Source: Cylindrospermopsis raciborskii Cr2010
GTDB lineage: Bacteria; Cyanobacteriota; Cyanobacteriia; Cyanobacteriales; Nostocaceae
NCBI RefSeq assembly: GCF_003367075.2
Contig: NZ_CP065936.1
Span: forward strand, 3,600,001-3,632,000
Length of the DNA: 32,000 nucleotides
Direction of reading: 5' to 3'
The notes under the pieces are model-generated. The model worked only from the letters and a program-made list of their open reading frames with translations, had not been told where the DNA came from and did no database searches. Positions within the stretch are counted from its first letter, which is position 1. Each line of letters begins with the position of its first letter. The translations under genes were made by a program, and so were the position numbers. Positions 16,142-27,045 of the stretch are shown here, one piece after another.

Positions 16142-16651
16142 ATGAATTTATCCCGTGGACGCAGGATATTGGCCAGCTTGCTACTGTGCATTTTACTGTT
16201 GACAACAGCTTGCGCAGCCAAAGCACCTAGTCGTTTTGATGCGGTACAACAAGAAAGTACAAAGCAAAAAAGTGGTCAAGCAGTTTCTAAAAACGCCACC
16301 CAGGGTAGTAAATTAAATGCTTTCTTTCCTAAAAGTGAAGATGGCTACAGTCGAGTTTATACCCAGGAGAAAAAGGGGTTCTCGGAGGCTAATTTGAAAA
16401 AAGATGGTAAAGTGATAGCACAGTTAGCCATTTCTGACACCACTAGCACTCCTGGAACGGCGTCAAAATATGCCAATAGCACCAAAACAATAGATGGTTA
16501 TCCAGCAGTGGAACTGGGTAAAACCCAAACCTCTGTTTTGGTAGGTAAGTACCAAGTAAAAGTGATTTCTAAAGACCCATTATTTAACGCCAGTGAGAGA
16601 GAAGATTGGATTGAAAAATTTGATCTTGATGGTTTATCCAAGTTGAAATAA
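16142..16651 (+). CDS. putative lipoprotein, unknown function
   Basis: The internal ATG at 16142 is preceded by an aggag RBS. The signal peptide MNLSRGRRILASLLLCILLLTTAC has a lipobox-like LTTAC. The ORF track starts earlier, at 16085. Confidence 0.65.
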   Translation: MNLSRGRRILASLLLCILLLTTACAAKAPSRFDAVQQESTKQKSGQAVSKNATQGSKLNAFFPKSEDGYSRVYTQEKKGFSEANLKKDGKVIAQLAISDTTSTPGTASKYANSTKTIDGYPAVELGKTQTSVLVGKYQVKVISKDPLFNASEREDWIEKFDLDGLSKLK

Positions 16652-16751
16652 CCTTTCAACTAAAGTCAAATTACCCCCCTCCCTCAACAACCTAAAATAG
16701 CACAGTAGCAAAACAAATACTACCATACCAGAGATAAATCAGGAGATTATT

Positions 16752-17639
16752 GTGAGCAAGCCAATTTTTGAACTAGTTGATGAGTTACCTACCAGTGGTT
16801 TAACTGTTTCTTTGTTGAACGCTTTGGACTTTGTTGCTCCTGGTGAATGGCAAAATACAGTGGGGTTTGTCAATACAATTAAAACTGTTACTGGTGAAAC
16901 TGACGAAGATTTAATTCAAGCCATTGGTGAACGGGCGGTTTACCTTTTTAATGATAAATCTCAAGGTTATCAAACTGCCTTATGGTTGTATCAAACCGTA
17001 GATGGCACTGATAAAGCTTTGGGTGCAGCAGCTTTGGCAAATAAGGTTGGTGAAACCATACCCCTACTTGGTTTCTTAAACTCTATCACCCCCAAACCCG
17101 ATAAAGCCCAAACTATTGACCTCACCTTAAAAATTGTGGTAGAATTAGTGGCTTTTTGTCAAATTAATGGCATTCCCGGTGATAGTATTGGCGATTTTGT
17201 AGCCGCTTTGGGGGAATATGCTGGTGAATCACTAATTAGGATGGTAGCATTAATCTGTGTGGATGGTATTCTCCCCCTCGGTCCTGATTTTGTGCAAAAA
17301 TCATTGGCCTTCCTCAGTAGTATGAATCCCCAGGAATTGGACCAAAATTCTACTTTTAAAAGCATCAAGGATGCAATCCCCGGAAATGGTATCGGGGGAA
17401 AAATAGACTTTATTGGTCAAAGTCTGGACTCTGTTCAGGGTTGGATGAATGGAATAGTTTCTGCTAATGCCTTAACTGCTCAAAAAGTCCTGAATAACAT
17501 CAGTGGTTTTCTTGATTTTGCTGATGATAAATTAGACTATGTAGCAGCCTTTTTAGATGTGTCCACCAACTATTATGAACACACGGGAACTCAAACTCTA
17601 GCTCGTCGCTTGATTGAACGGGCTGTAGCTGAAATATAA
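16752..17639 (+). CDS. hypothetical protein
   Basis: 295-aa ORF with a GTG start preceded by aggag. No motif recognised. Confidence 0.6.
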   Translation: MSKPIFELVDELPTSGLTVSLLNALDFVAPGEWQNTVGFVNTIKTVTGETDEDLIQAIGERAVYLFNDKSQGYQTALWLYQTVDGTDKALGAAALANKVGETIPLLGFLNSITPKPDKAQTIDLTLKIVVELVAFCQINGIPGDSIGDFVAALGEYAGESLIRMVALICVDGILPLGPDFVQKSLAFLSSMNPQELDQNSTFKSIKDAIPGNGIGGKIDFIGQSLDSVQGWMNGIVSANALTAQKVLNNISGFLDFADDKLDYVAAFLDVSTNYYEHTGTQTLARRLIERAVAEI

Positions 17640-17687
17640 GCCCCATTAGTCCACAATCATCTCCTATAACCCTAACCATCCGGTCAC

Positions 17688-17716
17688 AGCCAGAATGACT
17701 AGCAAGCATTCTGGCT
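17688..17716. terminator. 10-bp-stem hairpin between convergent genes (candidate bidirectional terminator)
   Basis: AGCCAGAATG actagcaag CATTCTGGCT, located between the 17639 (+) and 17730 (-) gene ends. No clear U-tract. Confidence 0.45.
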
Positions 17717-17729
17717 AAGGCTGTACAAG

Positions 17730-18227
17730 CTAAAATGGTATCTCGTCCGGATTAGGTGTTGGCTGAATCACTGGTTGAGGACTTACCACTTGAGCTACAG
17801 GTTGAGGACTGGGATCCAAGGTGGTTACTGAAGGTGCTGTTTCTGTTGGGGTGGGAGTGGGTCTACTTGCTTGATAGTTGGGGGTCTCTTGGGAAGGTTG
17901 TGCAGCTGATTGACTAGTTCCCGTATTTTTGGTGACAGGGTGAATTTTTTGCACTGTCAACTCAGCGCGTTTTTCTTTAAACCCTTCAGGACGATCAAAG
18001 GTGTTCATTCCCAGACGTCCCTCTAAAATCACCCGGTCACCTGCATGATAATTCTGATGAATATCCTTGGCTAAATTCCCCCAACCTACTACTTTTAAGG
18101 GATGGGTAGGGTCATCAGTACGTAATCCTGGTACATGAACTATCATCTCTGTGACTTCTAACCCCTCTGTTGTGTGTCTCAATTGAGGTTCATCATAAAT
18201 CTCTACCATTAAGATACAATTGTTCAT
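17730..18227 (-). CDS. ssb: single-stranded DNA-binding protein
   Basis: 165 aa. It has an N-terminal OB-fold-like region, a P/Q/T-rich linker, and a C-terminal acidic tip PDEIPF resembling the SSB DDIPF tail. Confidence 0.75.
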   Translation of the reverse strand: MNNCILMVEIYDEPQLRHTTEGLEVTEMIVHVPGLRTDDPTHPLKVVGWGNLAKDIHQNYHAGDRVILEGRLGMNTFDRPEGFKEKRAELTVQKIHPVTKNTGTSQSAAQPSQETPNYQASRPTPTPTETAPSVTTLDPSPQPVAQVVSPQPVIQPTPNPDEIPF

Positions 18228-18272
18228 AGTCTATCCTCACTAAATCTTTGACCAAGTAGAAATCTCAAGAAC

Positions 18273-19613
18273 CTAGTCTCCAGTAATGGAAAGTTCACCT
18301 ACCCAAATTCTGGGACAAACTCCCCCCGGTGTTAATTCTGGTTCTTTCTCTATGTAAACAATAGATTTCAATAGTTCCAGAAAATCCCCCGCCACGGTTG
18401 CTGAATCAATGCTGATTTTTTCGCCCTTGTTCACTAACCAACCATCAAAAGGTAAGGAAAAAGAACCTTGTAAAGCTTTAACACCCGCATGAAGAGCCTG
18501 TAAATCATCAATTAGTATCACATTTTCTGCTGTTTGTAAACTGAATTCTTTTTCAGTTGTATTAGCAGCAAACACATGATAAAAATTAGGACTCACAGTT
18601 ACTTTGGCACCAATGCTGGCATTACCTGTAGGTTGAGCATTGAGTCTTTTGGCAGTTCCTGCACTGTGTAAAAAACTGGTTAAAATTCCCTTTTCTATTA
18701 GCTTTATTTGACGGGTAGGTGTACCCTCTCCATCAAAGGTTTCTGCTCCTACATTAGCTGGATGCAAGGCGTCATCATAAACTGAAAGTAAAGGAGAGGC
18801 AATTTGCTTCCCTAGGTCATCTACCTGGGATAAACTTTGATTATCTAGAATATTTTGGGCATTAAATAAATTAGAGAACGCACCCAATAAACTCAAAAAA
18901 GCTTCAGGAGAAAAAACTACCTGATATCTACCAGTTTTAACTTTTTGGTAATCCAAATGACTGATAGTTTTATCTGCTGCTTCTTTGATGCAACCTGCAA
19001 TATCTAAATTGCCTAAATTTTCTTTTACCCGATAAGCACCAGCACTGCGAGGTTTTTTCCCTTCTTGTTCTGTTTTACTGTACAAATAAATTGAGGCTAA
19101 AGAGTGAGACTCTTTTCTTAGTGCACCATTACTATTGAGATAGAACCGCTCTATGTCTCGTTGAGATAAGCCATTATAAGGTACACCATTAATTGCAGGG
19201 TGGGAGTCTAAAAGTTCTTTTTCCGCCAATAGCAGTTTGTCAATCAGTTCCGAAACAGGTGCTTGAGCAAATTTCTCTTTGGATGTACTTTCAATGGGCA
19301 ATGTTGCTTCTGGACTAAAGTCAGGAACATTTTCCTTCACCCCAAAGAAACTAGCTTCATAAGCAGTTTGCAAGGCTAATTCTAAACCTTTGGGATCCAC
19401 GTCTGTGGTGCTGGTAACACCCATTGTATTCTCCTCGTTCCAAACCCTGACTGTCACCCCAGAACGATTGGAAGCTTTTACCTGTTTGGGTTCTCCTTGG
19501 TCAACTTGTACGCTGGTGTCATCTACAGTTGAACCATAAATATCGAATTTTTCAATACCCAGTTTTTTAGCGGTTTCCTGGGCGTTTTTAGCGACTTGTT
19601 GGATATTAGACAT
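18273..19613 (-). CDS. pmbA: TldD/PmbA-family metalloprotease subunit PmbA (TldE)
   Basis: 446 aa. It lies adjacent to tldD and has the typical PmbA N-terminus and length. It lacks the HExxxH motif present in the partner. Confidence 0.8.
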   Translation of the reverse strand: MSNIQQVAKNAQETAKKLGIEKFDIYGSTVDDTSVQVDQGEPKQVKASNRSGVTVRVWNEENTMGVTSTTDVDPKGLELALQTAYEASFFGVKENVPDFSPEATLPIESTSKEKFAQAPVSELIDKLLLAEKELLDSHPAINGVPYNGLSQRDIERFYLNSNGALRKESHSLASIYLYSKTEQEGKKPRSAGAYRVKENLGNLDIAGCIKEAADKTISHLDYQKVKTGRYQVVFSPEAFLSLLGAFSNLFNAQNILDNQSLSQVDDLGKQIASPLLSVYDDALHPANVGAETFDGEGTPTRQIKLIEKGILTSFLHSAGTAKRLNAQPTGNASIGAKVTVSPNFYHVFAANTTEKEFSLQTAENVILIDDLQALHAGVKALQGSFSLPFDGWLVNKGEKISIDSATVAGDFLELLKSIVYIEKEPELTPGGVCPRIWVGELSITGD

Positions 19614-19665
19614 GAGAATTCTAGTATTTAAACTTTGTTATTGGTTATCGATATGTGATCCCAAA

Positions 19666-21138
19666 CTATCTCCCCCCCACGGTAATGGAATCTACCTTAA
19701 TATGTGGCTGTCCTACTGTGGTGTAAATGCTACCACTCACAGAACCACAAAAACCAGGTGCCAATTCTAAATCCTGGGAACAAAGGGAAATTTTGTTCAT
19801 GATTTCCTTAGCTTCTCCAATTAGGGTAGCGCCCTTTAAAGGTTTGGTGACTTTCCCATTTTCTATGAGATAGGCCTCATCAACGCTGAAATTAAATTGC
19901 CCAGTTGCACCTACACTACCTCCACCCATTTTCTTGCAGTAAATACCTTTGTCGATGGAAGCAAACAGATCTTCGTTGGTGTATTCTCCAGGAGCAATAT
20001 AGGTATTTCTCATGCGACTGGCAGCAGCAAAGGTATAATTTTGACGGCGACCACTACCTGTTCTTGGGTGTCCAGTTCTCATAGACCCGGTTCGATCAGC
20101 TAAGAAGTTTTTGAGAACTCCTTTTTCTATGAGTAATGTTCTTTGGGCTGGCATTCCCTCATCATCCATGTCAATTGTGCCAAAAGCATTATCTGATCTC
20201 CCTTCATCCCAAGCTGTTAGACTTTCATGGGCAATTTTCTCGCCCTTTTTATCCGCAAATGGGGTGGTTTTTCTTTCTATTTGGGTGGTTTCTAGTAGGT
20301 GTCCACAAGCTTCATGAAATATTACCCCGCCAAAGTGATTGGCCATGACAATGGGGTAATTCCCTGATTCTACGTAGTCAGCATAAAGCATTTTACCAGC
20401 TGATTCGGCAATTTGGTCTGCTGACTGTTCATAATCCCAGCTTTTGAGGAAGTTAGGATCGCTGGTATTGCCTGCTCTTTCACTGATGGAGGTACGGTGA
20501 GATCCGTCAGCACATAGAAGGCTAAAACCTGCGGATTGAGTCAGGCGAATATCCCGAGCAAATGTACCATCACTGGCTGCAACTAATACTTCTTGCCAAT
20601 CACGAAAATAGCTGGCACGACGAGATTGAATGTGAGTGGCTTTTTTATGCAATTGGGCTGTACCCTCTAGCAGTATTTCCCCCATTTCCCTAATTGTGGT
20701 ACACAGGGGTAACCAACTGTCTTTTCCTCTTTTATTGCCATAGTCTCGGAACAATTCCAGGTAGATTTCAGGGATGAAGGCATTTGCTATGGGTAATTGT
20801 AAGCCTAGTATGGAAAGTGCCTTTTCTAAGGCTGCTTTTAAACCCGCAAAGGTGAGATTGTTGGTGCTAACGTAACAATCCGCTTTACCATGGAATACTC
20901 TCACACCCGCACCTGTGCTGAAACTAGGTGAAATACTGGTGATAATATCTTCTTCTGCTAAACAACTAATGTAATTACGACGCTCTAAAAAAAACTCCAC
21001 AAAGTCCGCACCAGCAGCACGCCCCAACCCCAATAAGGTTGCTAATGGAGCTTCCCAGGTTTGGTCAAACCGCTCTGTGGTGGATGAGTAATTTAAGTTA
21101 GGGATTTGAGAGGAAATAAGTAAGGTATTTATAAGCAT
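19666..21138 (-). CDS. tldD: metalloprotease TldD
   Basis: 490 aa with an HEACGHLLE (HExxxH) motif. Paired with pmbA. Confidence 0.85.
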   Translation of the reverse strand: MLINTLLISSQIPNLNYSSTTERFDQTWEAPLATLLGLGRAAGADFVEFFLERRNYISCLAEEDIITSISPSFSTGAGVRVFHGKADCYVSTNNLTFAGLKAALEKALSILGLQLPIANAFIPEIYLELFRDYGNKRGKDSWLPLCTTIREMGEILLEGTAQLHKKATHIQSRRASYFRDWQEVLVAASDGTFARDIRLTQSAGFSLLCADGSHRTSISERAGNTSDPNFLKSWDYEQSADQIAESAGKMLYADYVESGNYPIVMANHFGGVIFHEACGHLLETTQIERKTTPFADKKGEKIAHESLTAWDEGRSDNAFGTIDMDDEGMPAQRTLLIEKGVLKNFLADRTGSMRTGHPRTGSGRRQNYTFAAASRMRNTYIAPGEYTNEDLFASIDKGIYCKKMGGGSVGATGQFNFSVDEAYLIENGKVTKPLKGATLIGEAKEIMNKISLCSQDLELAPGFCGSVSGSIYTTVGQPHIKVDSITVGGR

Positions 21139-21226
21139 GTATGGCCTCGCCTACTGGCTTTGTGTGGAAAATATCCATTTACATTCTAGTTATATTCTAA
21201 CAATTTTTTGAATCCATCAGCATCAC

Positions 21227-23176
21227 CTACAAGGATGTGATGGTTCCTGTTGTAGGTGAACTGGCACTGGCATATTCTTTGATTGGCATTCTACCTGCTA
21301 GGTATGCCATTCTTCCCGCTGTGGTGGCTAGGTTCATAGCATAGGCCATCGCTGGTGCATTTTGTGCTAGGGCGATCGCACTATTAATTAATAAGGCATC
21401 AGCTCCTAACTCCATAGCTTGTGCTGCTTCTGAAGGTGAGCCAATTCCCGCATCTACCACTACTGGTATTTTACTATTTTCTATGATAATCTGGATATTG
21501 GCACTGGTTTTTAATCCTTGTCCTGAACCTATGGGAGCTGCTAAGGGCATAACTGTGGCACATCCTACTTCCTCCAAGCGCTTTGCTAACATTGGATCGG
21601 CATTGATATAGGGTAAAACCGCAAAACCTTCTTTTACCAGTTGCTCTGCTGCTTCTAAGGTACCAATGGGGTCAGGTAACAGGTATTTAGGATCGGGTAT
21701 GACCTCTAATTTAACAAAGTTATTATCTTCTTGTCCTAACAATTTAGCCATTTCCCTACCTAAGCGAGCTACTCGGATGGCCTCCTGGGCGGTTTGACAT
21801 CCAGCTGTATTGGGTAACATCCAAATTTTACTCCAATCTAAGGACTCTGCTAAACCTTCATGTCCAGGAGCATTAGTTTGCACCCTGCGCACAGCTACGG
21901 TAACTATTTGACAACCACTAGCATTAATGCTTGCTTGCATTTCCCCCATACTGCGATATTTTCCTGTCCCGGTCATTAATCTGGAATGGAAGACCTTGTG
22001 ACCAATCTTTAATTCTGAATCTATCTGCTTAAATTCTGGAAATTTTAAGTATGAATTATTAGCTTTGCTGTCAGTAAAATTAGCGGAATGAGTGAATGGT
22101 ATGTTTGGCACGGATGAATGTTCAAAGCGGGAATAATGGAAATGGTTGAGCAGAGGATCGGGTTTTTGGGACACAATCAGGTCAGCTAGTAGTTTGGCTG
22201 TCACTGGTGCTAACAAAACCCCATTGCGATAATGACCAGTGGCCATGGTCAGGTTTTGACAGTAACTTTCACCCAAAATGGGCAATTCATCGGGTGTAGC
22301 TGGACGGAAACCCCACCACATCTCTTCTAGGGAATAATCTGCTAGGGACGGGTACAACCGGGTGCACTGGTTGAGTAAATTTTGAATCCCCGCTGGTGTG
22401 TTATTGGGTGTAAACCCCACCTCTTCCACGGTAGCACCCACAAGAATAGAACCGTCTTTTCGAGGCACAATATAAACATTTTCACCATATAGCACTCTTG
22501 TTAGAGGTATTTCTTGCACAATTCCCAGCACGCGCAACCGCAACATTTGTCCTTTACAGGGGCGCACTGGTAAAGGTAACAATTGATTTGACCAAGCACC
22601 AGCAGCTAGGATGTAGTGACCAGCGTGGAATAAACCCTTGTTGGTTTGAACCCCCATAATCTGGGAATGTTGCTGTAGAATTGCCTCAACAGTAACCCCA
22701 TCCTGGAACTCAATCCCTAAAGACTCTGCTGCTGAACGTAAAACCTGAATTAGGGACTGATTATTCACCTGTCCGTTTTCAGGATACCACCAACCACCAA
22801 TTATATCCGATCCTAAACCCCGTTGATATTGCTCAATTGTTGATTTATCCAACCAGTAACCTGGGGTGTAATTAGTTGGTTTTTGACTCACGGGAGCAAC
22901 AACACCACAAGGCCAATAACCCGTACTCAACCCTGTTAACTCTTCCAACTTACTAACCCATTCTGGGTATAAATAAAGCGATCGCTTGCTCAGGGTCAAC
23001 ATAGCTTCATTGGCTATGTTTTCAGCATCAGGAGCCAACATACCTGCTGCTGCATGACCAGCTGCTTCAGTAAAATTACGACATAAAACCGTAACATTTT
23101 CACCCCTTAACTTCAACTCTACAGCACAGGCCAAGCCAATAACACCACCACCAATAATCAAAATATCCGTATTCAT
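21227..23176 (-). CDS. thiG: bifunctional glycine oxidase ThiO / thiazole synthase ThiG fusion
   Basis: 649 aa. The N-terminus has the FAD-binding motif [15 protein letters not shown] (ThiO/DAO-like). The C-terminal ~260 aa ([10 protein letters not shown]...[13 protein letters not shown]...[29 protein letters not shown]) is ThiG-like. Confidence 0.85.
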   Translation of the reverse strand: MNTDILIIGGGVIGLACAVELKLRGENVTVLCRNFTEAAGHAAAGMLAPDAENIANEAMLTLSKRSLYLYPEWVSKLEELTGLSTGYWPCGVVAPVSQKPTNYTPGYWLDKSTIEQYQRGLGSDIIGGWWYPENGQVNNQSLIQVLRSAAESLGIEFQDGVTVEAILQQHSQIMGVQTNKGLFHAGHYILAAGAWSNQLLPLPVRPCKGQMLRLRVLGIVQEIPLTRVLYGENVYIVPRKDGSILVGATVEEVGFTPNNTPAGIQNLLNQCTRLYPSLADYSLEEMWWGFRPATPDELPILGESYCQNLTMATGHYRNGVLLAPVTAKLLADLIVSQKPDPLLNHFHYSRFEHSSVPNIPFTHSANFTDSKANNSYLKFPEFKQIDSELKIGHKVFHSRLMTGTGKYRSMGEMQASINASGCQIVTVAVRRVQTNAPGHEGLAESLDWSKIWMLPNTAGCQTAQEAIRVARLGREMAKLLGQEDNNFVKLEVIPDPKYLLPDPIGTLEAAEQLVKEGFAVLPYINADPMLAKRLEEVGCATVMPLAAPIGSGQGLKTSANIQIIIENSKIPVVVDAGIGSPSEAAQAMELGADALLINSAIALAQNAPAMAYAMNLATTAGRMAYLAGRMPIKEYASASSPTTGTITSL

Positions 23177-23230
23177 TACTCAGTATTTATCAGTATCTAT
23201 TTAGCCATTATTAGCTATTAATGGTAGACT

Positions 23231-23246
23231 GGGGGCTTTAGCCCCC
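23231..23246 (-). terminator. GC hairpin GGGGGC-ttta-GCCCCC between the 23279 gene and thiO-thiG
   Basis: 6-bp GC stem with a 4-nt loop. No U-tract follows. Confidence 0.3.
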
Positions 23247-23278
23247 TAACCTAGATTACACCTTATATAATTACTTTA

Positions 23279-23707
23279 CTACCACAAAGCACGAATAGGT
23301 CGTTTGTTTCGATTAATTCTAACAGATTCCGATCCATTATTTATATCAGAGCTAGATCCATCACTGTTGTTCAGGTCTTGGGTGGTACTAGAATCTCTGG
23401 GTGAACCGGTAGTAGAATTGCTTTGAGCTACCCTAGCACCTCTGGGAGTATTGGGAACGTCATCGGGGATATCCGTGTTATTGGCACTTTCCGAATTGTT
23501 TTGATTATTTCTATTAGCAGATTCCCCATCCTCTCCCGGAGCAGATGTGTTAACATTAATATTAGCTGGGAGAACGCCGGAAGCACGCCTTTCTGGGGGA
23601 ACATTAGCAGACTGGTCTCCACCCATGGGAAAGTTAATCCCCAATAGGGTGCCCACTAGGATTGCCACGCCTCCAGCCATTAAAACTAATGGTGTCCATT
23701 TACCCAT
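23279..23707 (-). CDS. hypothetical membrane-anchored/secreted low-complexity (N/S/D-rich) protein
   Basis: 142 aa. It has an N-terminal hydrophobic helix WTPLVLMAGGVAILVGTLLGI followed by a disordered N/S-rich sequence. Confidence 0.5.
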   Translation of the reverse strand: MGKWTPLVLMAGGVAILVGTLLGINFPMGGDQSANVPPERRASGVLPANINVNTSAPGEDGESANRNNQNNSESANNTDIPDDVPNTPRGARVAQSNSTTGSPRDSSTTQDLNNSDGSSSDINNGSESVRINRNKRPIRALW

Positions 23708-23943
23708 CTTGTTTATCTCCTTTATAAGTTTCCGGTGTGCAAGCTGGCTGAGAACCTTGACCGTGAAAATCCATGATGTGTCATTTTCAAACTACCTAAA
23801 ATCCAGATTTGACAGGCTAAGAACAAATCATATCTCACTTTGGGGATAACAGGTAGGAGTTGATGGTCAATTTGACTCGCACCAAATTGTACAGTGATTA
23901 AAGAACATAGAAAATAGGTAGTAGTTTACCAGATCTTTGCTTT

Positions 23944-25566
23944 ATGACTAAAGCTCTCTCCACGCCAATTCTCATCTATGACACTACTCTCCGAGACGGC
24001 AGTCAACGGGAAGGTTTGTCATTATCTATACAAGATAAATTATGTATTGCCCATAAACTGGATCAATTAGGTGTACCCTTTATAGAAGGTGGTTGGCCAG
24101 GCGCTAATCCCAAGGATATAGAGTTTTTTTGGCAAGTGGGGAAAAATCCTCTACAGCAAGCTCAACTAGTCCCCTTTTGCTCCACCCGTCGTCCTTTTTC
24201 CCAAGCTATTAATGAACCCATGCTAGAACCGATTTTAGCTGCGGGTACAACTTGGGTGACAATCTTTGGCAAATCTTGGGATCTACACGTTACAGAGGGC
24301 ATTAAGACCTCTTTGGATGAGAATTTGTCCATGATTGGTGATACCATCGAGTATTTACGTTCCCAAGGTAAGCGGGTAATTTATGATGCCGAGCATTGGT
24401 TTGATGGATATAAGCAAAATCCAGATTATGCCTTACAGACCATCAAAACAGCTGCTCAGTGCGGTGCTGAGTGGTTAGTTTTATGTGATACTAATGGTGG
24501 AACTTTCCCCCAGGAGGTTTCCCAAGTTGTTACTATCGTTAGCAAGTCAATTTCTGACTGGTCATCAAATGCTCATATTGGTATCCATACTCACAATGAT
24601 GGAGAAATGGCAGTTGCTAATGCTATTACAGCTGTAATGGCGGGAGCTACAATGGTTCAGGGGACGATAAATGGGTATGGTGAGCGTTGTGGCAATGCTA
24701 ATCTCTGTTCTTTAATTCCCAACTTACAATTAAAATTAGGTTATAATTGTATTGGCGAAAATCTACTAAGTCAATTAACACCCACAAGTCGTTTTGTGAG
24801 TGAAGTGGTTAATTTAGCACCAGATGACCACGCGCCCTATGTAGGACGTTCAGCTTTTGCTCATAAAGGTGGCATTCATGTCTCAGCTGTGGAGCGTAAT
24901 TCTCTCACCTATGAACATATCCAACCGGAGCAAGTGGGCAATCTCCGTCGAATCGTGATTTCTGAACAAGCTGGGGTGAGTAATGTTTTAGCCAAGGCGA
25001 AAACTTTGGGCATAGAATTAGATAAACATGACCCGAAAACCAAGGAAATTCTCAGACGCATTAAGGAACTAGAAAATGAAGGCTATCAATTTGAGGCTGC
25101 AGAAGCTAGTTTTGTCCTATTAATGTATGAAGTATTAGGACTCAAACAACAGTTCTTTGAAGTCCAAGGTTTTCGAGTACATTGTGATCTAGCTGAGGGA
25201 AAAAACATCACTAACTCCCTAGCGACAATTAAGGTAGGTGTGGGGGGAGAAAATATTTTAGAGGTAGCAGAAGGAAATGGTCCTGTTGCAGCTTTAGACG
25301 CAGCGTTGCGTAAAGCGCTGTTGAATTTTTACCCTCAAATTGGCGAGTTTGAACTAACAGACTACAAAGTCAGAATTCTCAATGGTAATGTGGGCACCTC
25401 TGCCAAAACCCGCGCCCTAGTTGAGTCTGGTAATGGTCAAGCACGTTGGACAACCGTAGGAGTATCCACTAATATTTTGGAAGCTTCCTATCAAGCAGTG
25501 GTAGCAGGTTTGGAATATGGTTTATTAATACATTTTCCCTCTCCTGTTCCCTACTGTAAAATTTAA
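23944..25566 (+). CDS. cimA: citramalate synthase (LeuA/HMGL-like family)
   Basis: 540 aa. The N-terminus IYDTTLRDGSQREGLSLS, the HTHNDGEMAVAN motif and the C-terminal regulatory domain are as in CimA-type 2-isopropylmalate synthase homologues. Confidence 0.75.
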   Translation: MTKALSTPILIYDTTLRDGSQREGLSLSIQDKLCIAHKLDQLGVPFIEGGWPGANPKDIEFFWQVGKNPLQQAQLVPFCSTRRPFSQAINEPMLEPILAAGTTWVTIFGKSWDLHVTEGIKTSLDENLSMIGDTIEYLRSQGKRVIYDAEHWFDGYKQNPDYALQTIKTAAQCGAEWLVLCDTNGGTFPQEVSQVVTIVSKSISDWSSNAHIGIHTHNDGEMAVANAITAVMAGATMVQGTINGYGERCGNANLCSLIPNLQLKLGYNCIGENLLSQLTPTSRFVSEVVNLAPDDHAPYVGRSAFAHKGGIHVSAVERNSLTYEHIQPEQVGNLRRIVISEQAGVSNVLAKAKTLGIELDKHDPKTKEILRRIKELENEGYQFEAAEASFVLLMYEVLGLKQQFFEVQGFRVHCDLAEGKNITNSLATIKVGVGGENILEVAEGNGPVAALDAALRKALLNFYPQIGEFELTDYKVRILNGNVGTSAKTRALVESGNGQARWTTVGVSTNILEASYQAVVAGLEYGLLIHFPSPVPYCKI

Positions 25567-25575
25567 GTCTCAAAG

Positions 25576-25610
25576 CTCTCCAGCTCGCGAAGGACTCGCA
25601 ACCTGGAGAG
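25576..25610 (+). terminator. hairpin downstream of cimA
   Basis: CTCTCCAG, a 19-nt loop, then CTGGAGAG, located 10 nt after the stop. A second 7-bp hairpin TGGGTGG-gacgca-CCACCCA lies at 25631-25650. No U-tract, so this is weak. Confidence 0.3.
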
Positions 25611-25812
25611 ATCGGATCTAATATTTCCCATGGGTGGGACGCACCACCCAATATTACACCCCGCGAATTTTCCTCCTACAGTTCTAATGAATGAGAAGTC
25701 AAAAAGATGATACAGTTGGTTGGAAAGTCATTATTTTTGGTAGCACAAGCATGTAACTTTCGCAAATAAACAACACTACTAGAAAACTTAACAACTAACT
25801 GACAGATTTAAT

Positions 25813-27045
25813 ATGTTAAACAAAGTACGTAATCTTTTTAGCAAGTTTTTTAATAATACTAGCACGCTTAATCGAGAACCATTAAATAAGGCCAGCTTGA
25901 TAGTTATTATCATAATAGACGTTTTTATTCTAATTAATGTATTTACAGGATTGGATAGTATTGGTAGATGGCATCTTACTCCTGACGAAACTTATCCCTG
26001 TCATAATGAATGGAAGGGTTATCAAGAGCAAACCTCAGCAACTAAAGATTATGAAATAATTACTAATTCATTAGTAGAAAATAATCAGCCCAACTTTAAC
26101 GCAAAATATAAACAGCAAGAACAAGGAAGATTAGGGAAAGTGTCAGAAATATGCCTGAACTATGGCCTATTAAAAGACAATTTAAATACCGTTCAAAATC
26201 GGCAATTTTTACAAAGTATTGGTCAGACCCAAAAAAAAATCAATAAGTTGGGGCAAGAAAATGCCGAAATTCGTAGACAATACGATTCCACCCTTCTGGA
26301 AAAAATGGTTCGTCAACCTGATAGCAAGTCCATCAACCAAGTAGAAGCTGATAAAGCTAGGCAAAAACTAGATAGTAATACGAGGCAAATTGCCCAATTT
26401 AAAGAGGAAAATAAAAAGAGAAAAAATCAGCTACTCAACCGACCAGCAAGTGGCAAATTTCTCTCGTTTTTGCAGGATAAAATTCAATTTTCTAACTTAG
26501 TTAATGGCTATAAAACAGCCTCATTTTGGTATCCCAGCATTCAAGTAACCCTGCAAGCTATATTCCTATTACCTTTAATTTTCATCGCTTCATTCATTTA
26601 TGGTAGGTCACAACGCCAAGGGTATGGACTAGTATCTCTAATTAGCTGGCATTTACTAGTTATATTTGTGATTCCCCTAGTTATCAAAGTCTTGGAATTT
26701 CTGCAAGTTGGCGTAGTATTTAAATTCTTAGTAGATATTATTAGTAGCTTATTGGGGGGGTTACTATTCTTAGTTAGCTATGTTTATATTGTAGTGATTC
26801 CCCTAGTCGGGTTTGGGATTATTAAGTTGTTGCAAAGGAATGTAGTTTTTAATAGTAAAATTCAAGCTGGTAAAAGAGTACAGAACTCCCAGTGCATCAA
26901 CTGTGGAAGAAACCTTAGGTCTCGTGAGGCCCATTGTCCCCATTGTGGTTATTACCAGTATGTGGAATGTCACCATTGCCATAACTTGACTTATAAGAAG
27001 TTACCCTATTGTTATCATTGTGGTACTGAGCAAATTTCTCTATGA
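25813..27045 (+). CDS. multi-pass membrane protein with central coiled-coil and C-terminal double zinc-ribbon
   Basis: 410 aa. It has hydrophobic helices at the N-terminus and at aa ~240-340. The C-terminus CINCGRNLRSREAHCPHCG...CHHCHNLTYKKLPYCYHCG carries four CxxC pairs. Its stop overlaps the next start (ATGA at 27042-27045). Confidence 0.6.
   Translation: MLNKVRNLFSKFFNNTSTLNREPLNKASLIVIIIIDVFILINVFTGLDSIGRWHLTPDETYPCHNEWKGYQEQTSATKDYEIITNSLVENNQPNFNAKYKQQEQGRLGKVSEICLNYGLLKDNLNTVQNRQFLQSIGQTQKKINKLGQENAEIRRQYDSTLLEKMVRQPDSKSINQVEADKARQKLDSNTRQIAQFKEENKKRKNQLLNRPASGKFLSFLQDKIQFSNLVNGYKTASFWYPSIQVTLQAIFLLPLIFIASFIYGRSQRQGYGLVSLISWHLLVIFVIPLVIKVLEFLQVGVVFKFLVDIISSLLGGLLFLVSYVYIVVIPLVGFGIIKLLQRNVVFNSKIQAGKRVQNSQCINCGRNLRSREAHCPHCGYYQYVECHHCHNLTYKKLPYCYHCGTEQISL

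Noticed and set aside
19897-20348. Three 68-70 aa + strand ORFs inside tldD, plus similar ORFs at 17159-17709, 23423-23849, 24162-24347, 25469-25651, 27524-27826, 28187-28405 and 29854-30089
   Set aside because: They are shadow ORFs within or overlapping well-supported genes on the other strand or frame.
23177-23278. TPP riboswitch upstream of thiO-thiG
   Set aside because: The leader is only 102 bp and lacks the conserved aptamer sequence elements I can recall. Only a short GC hairpin is present. This needs a covariance-model scan to be certain.
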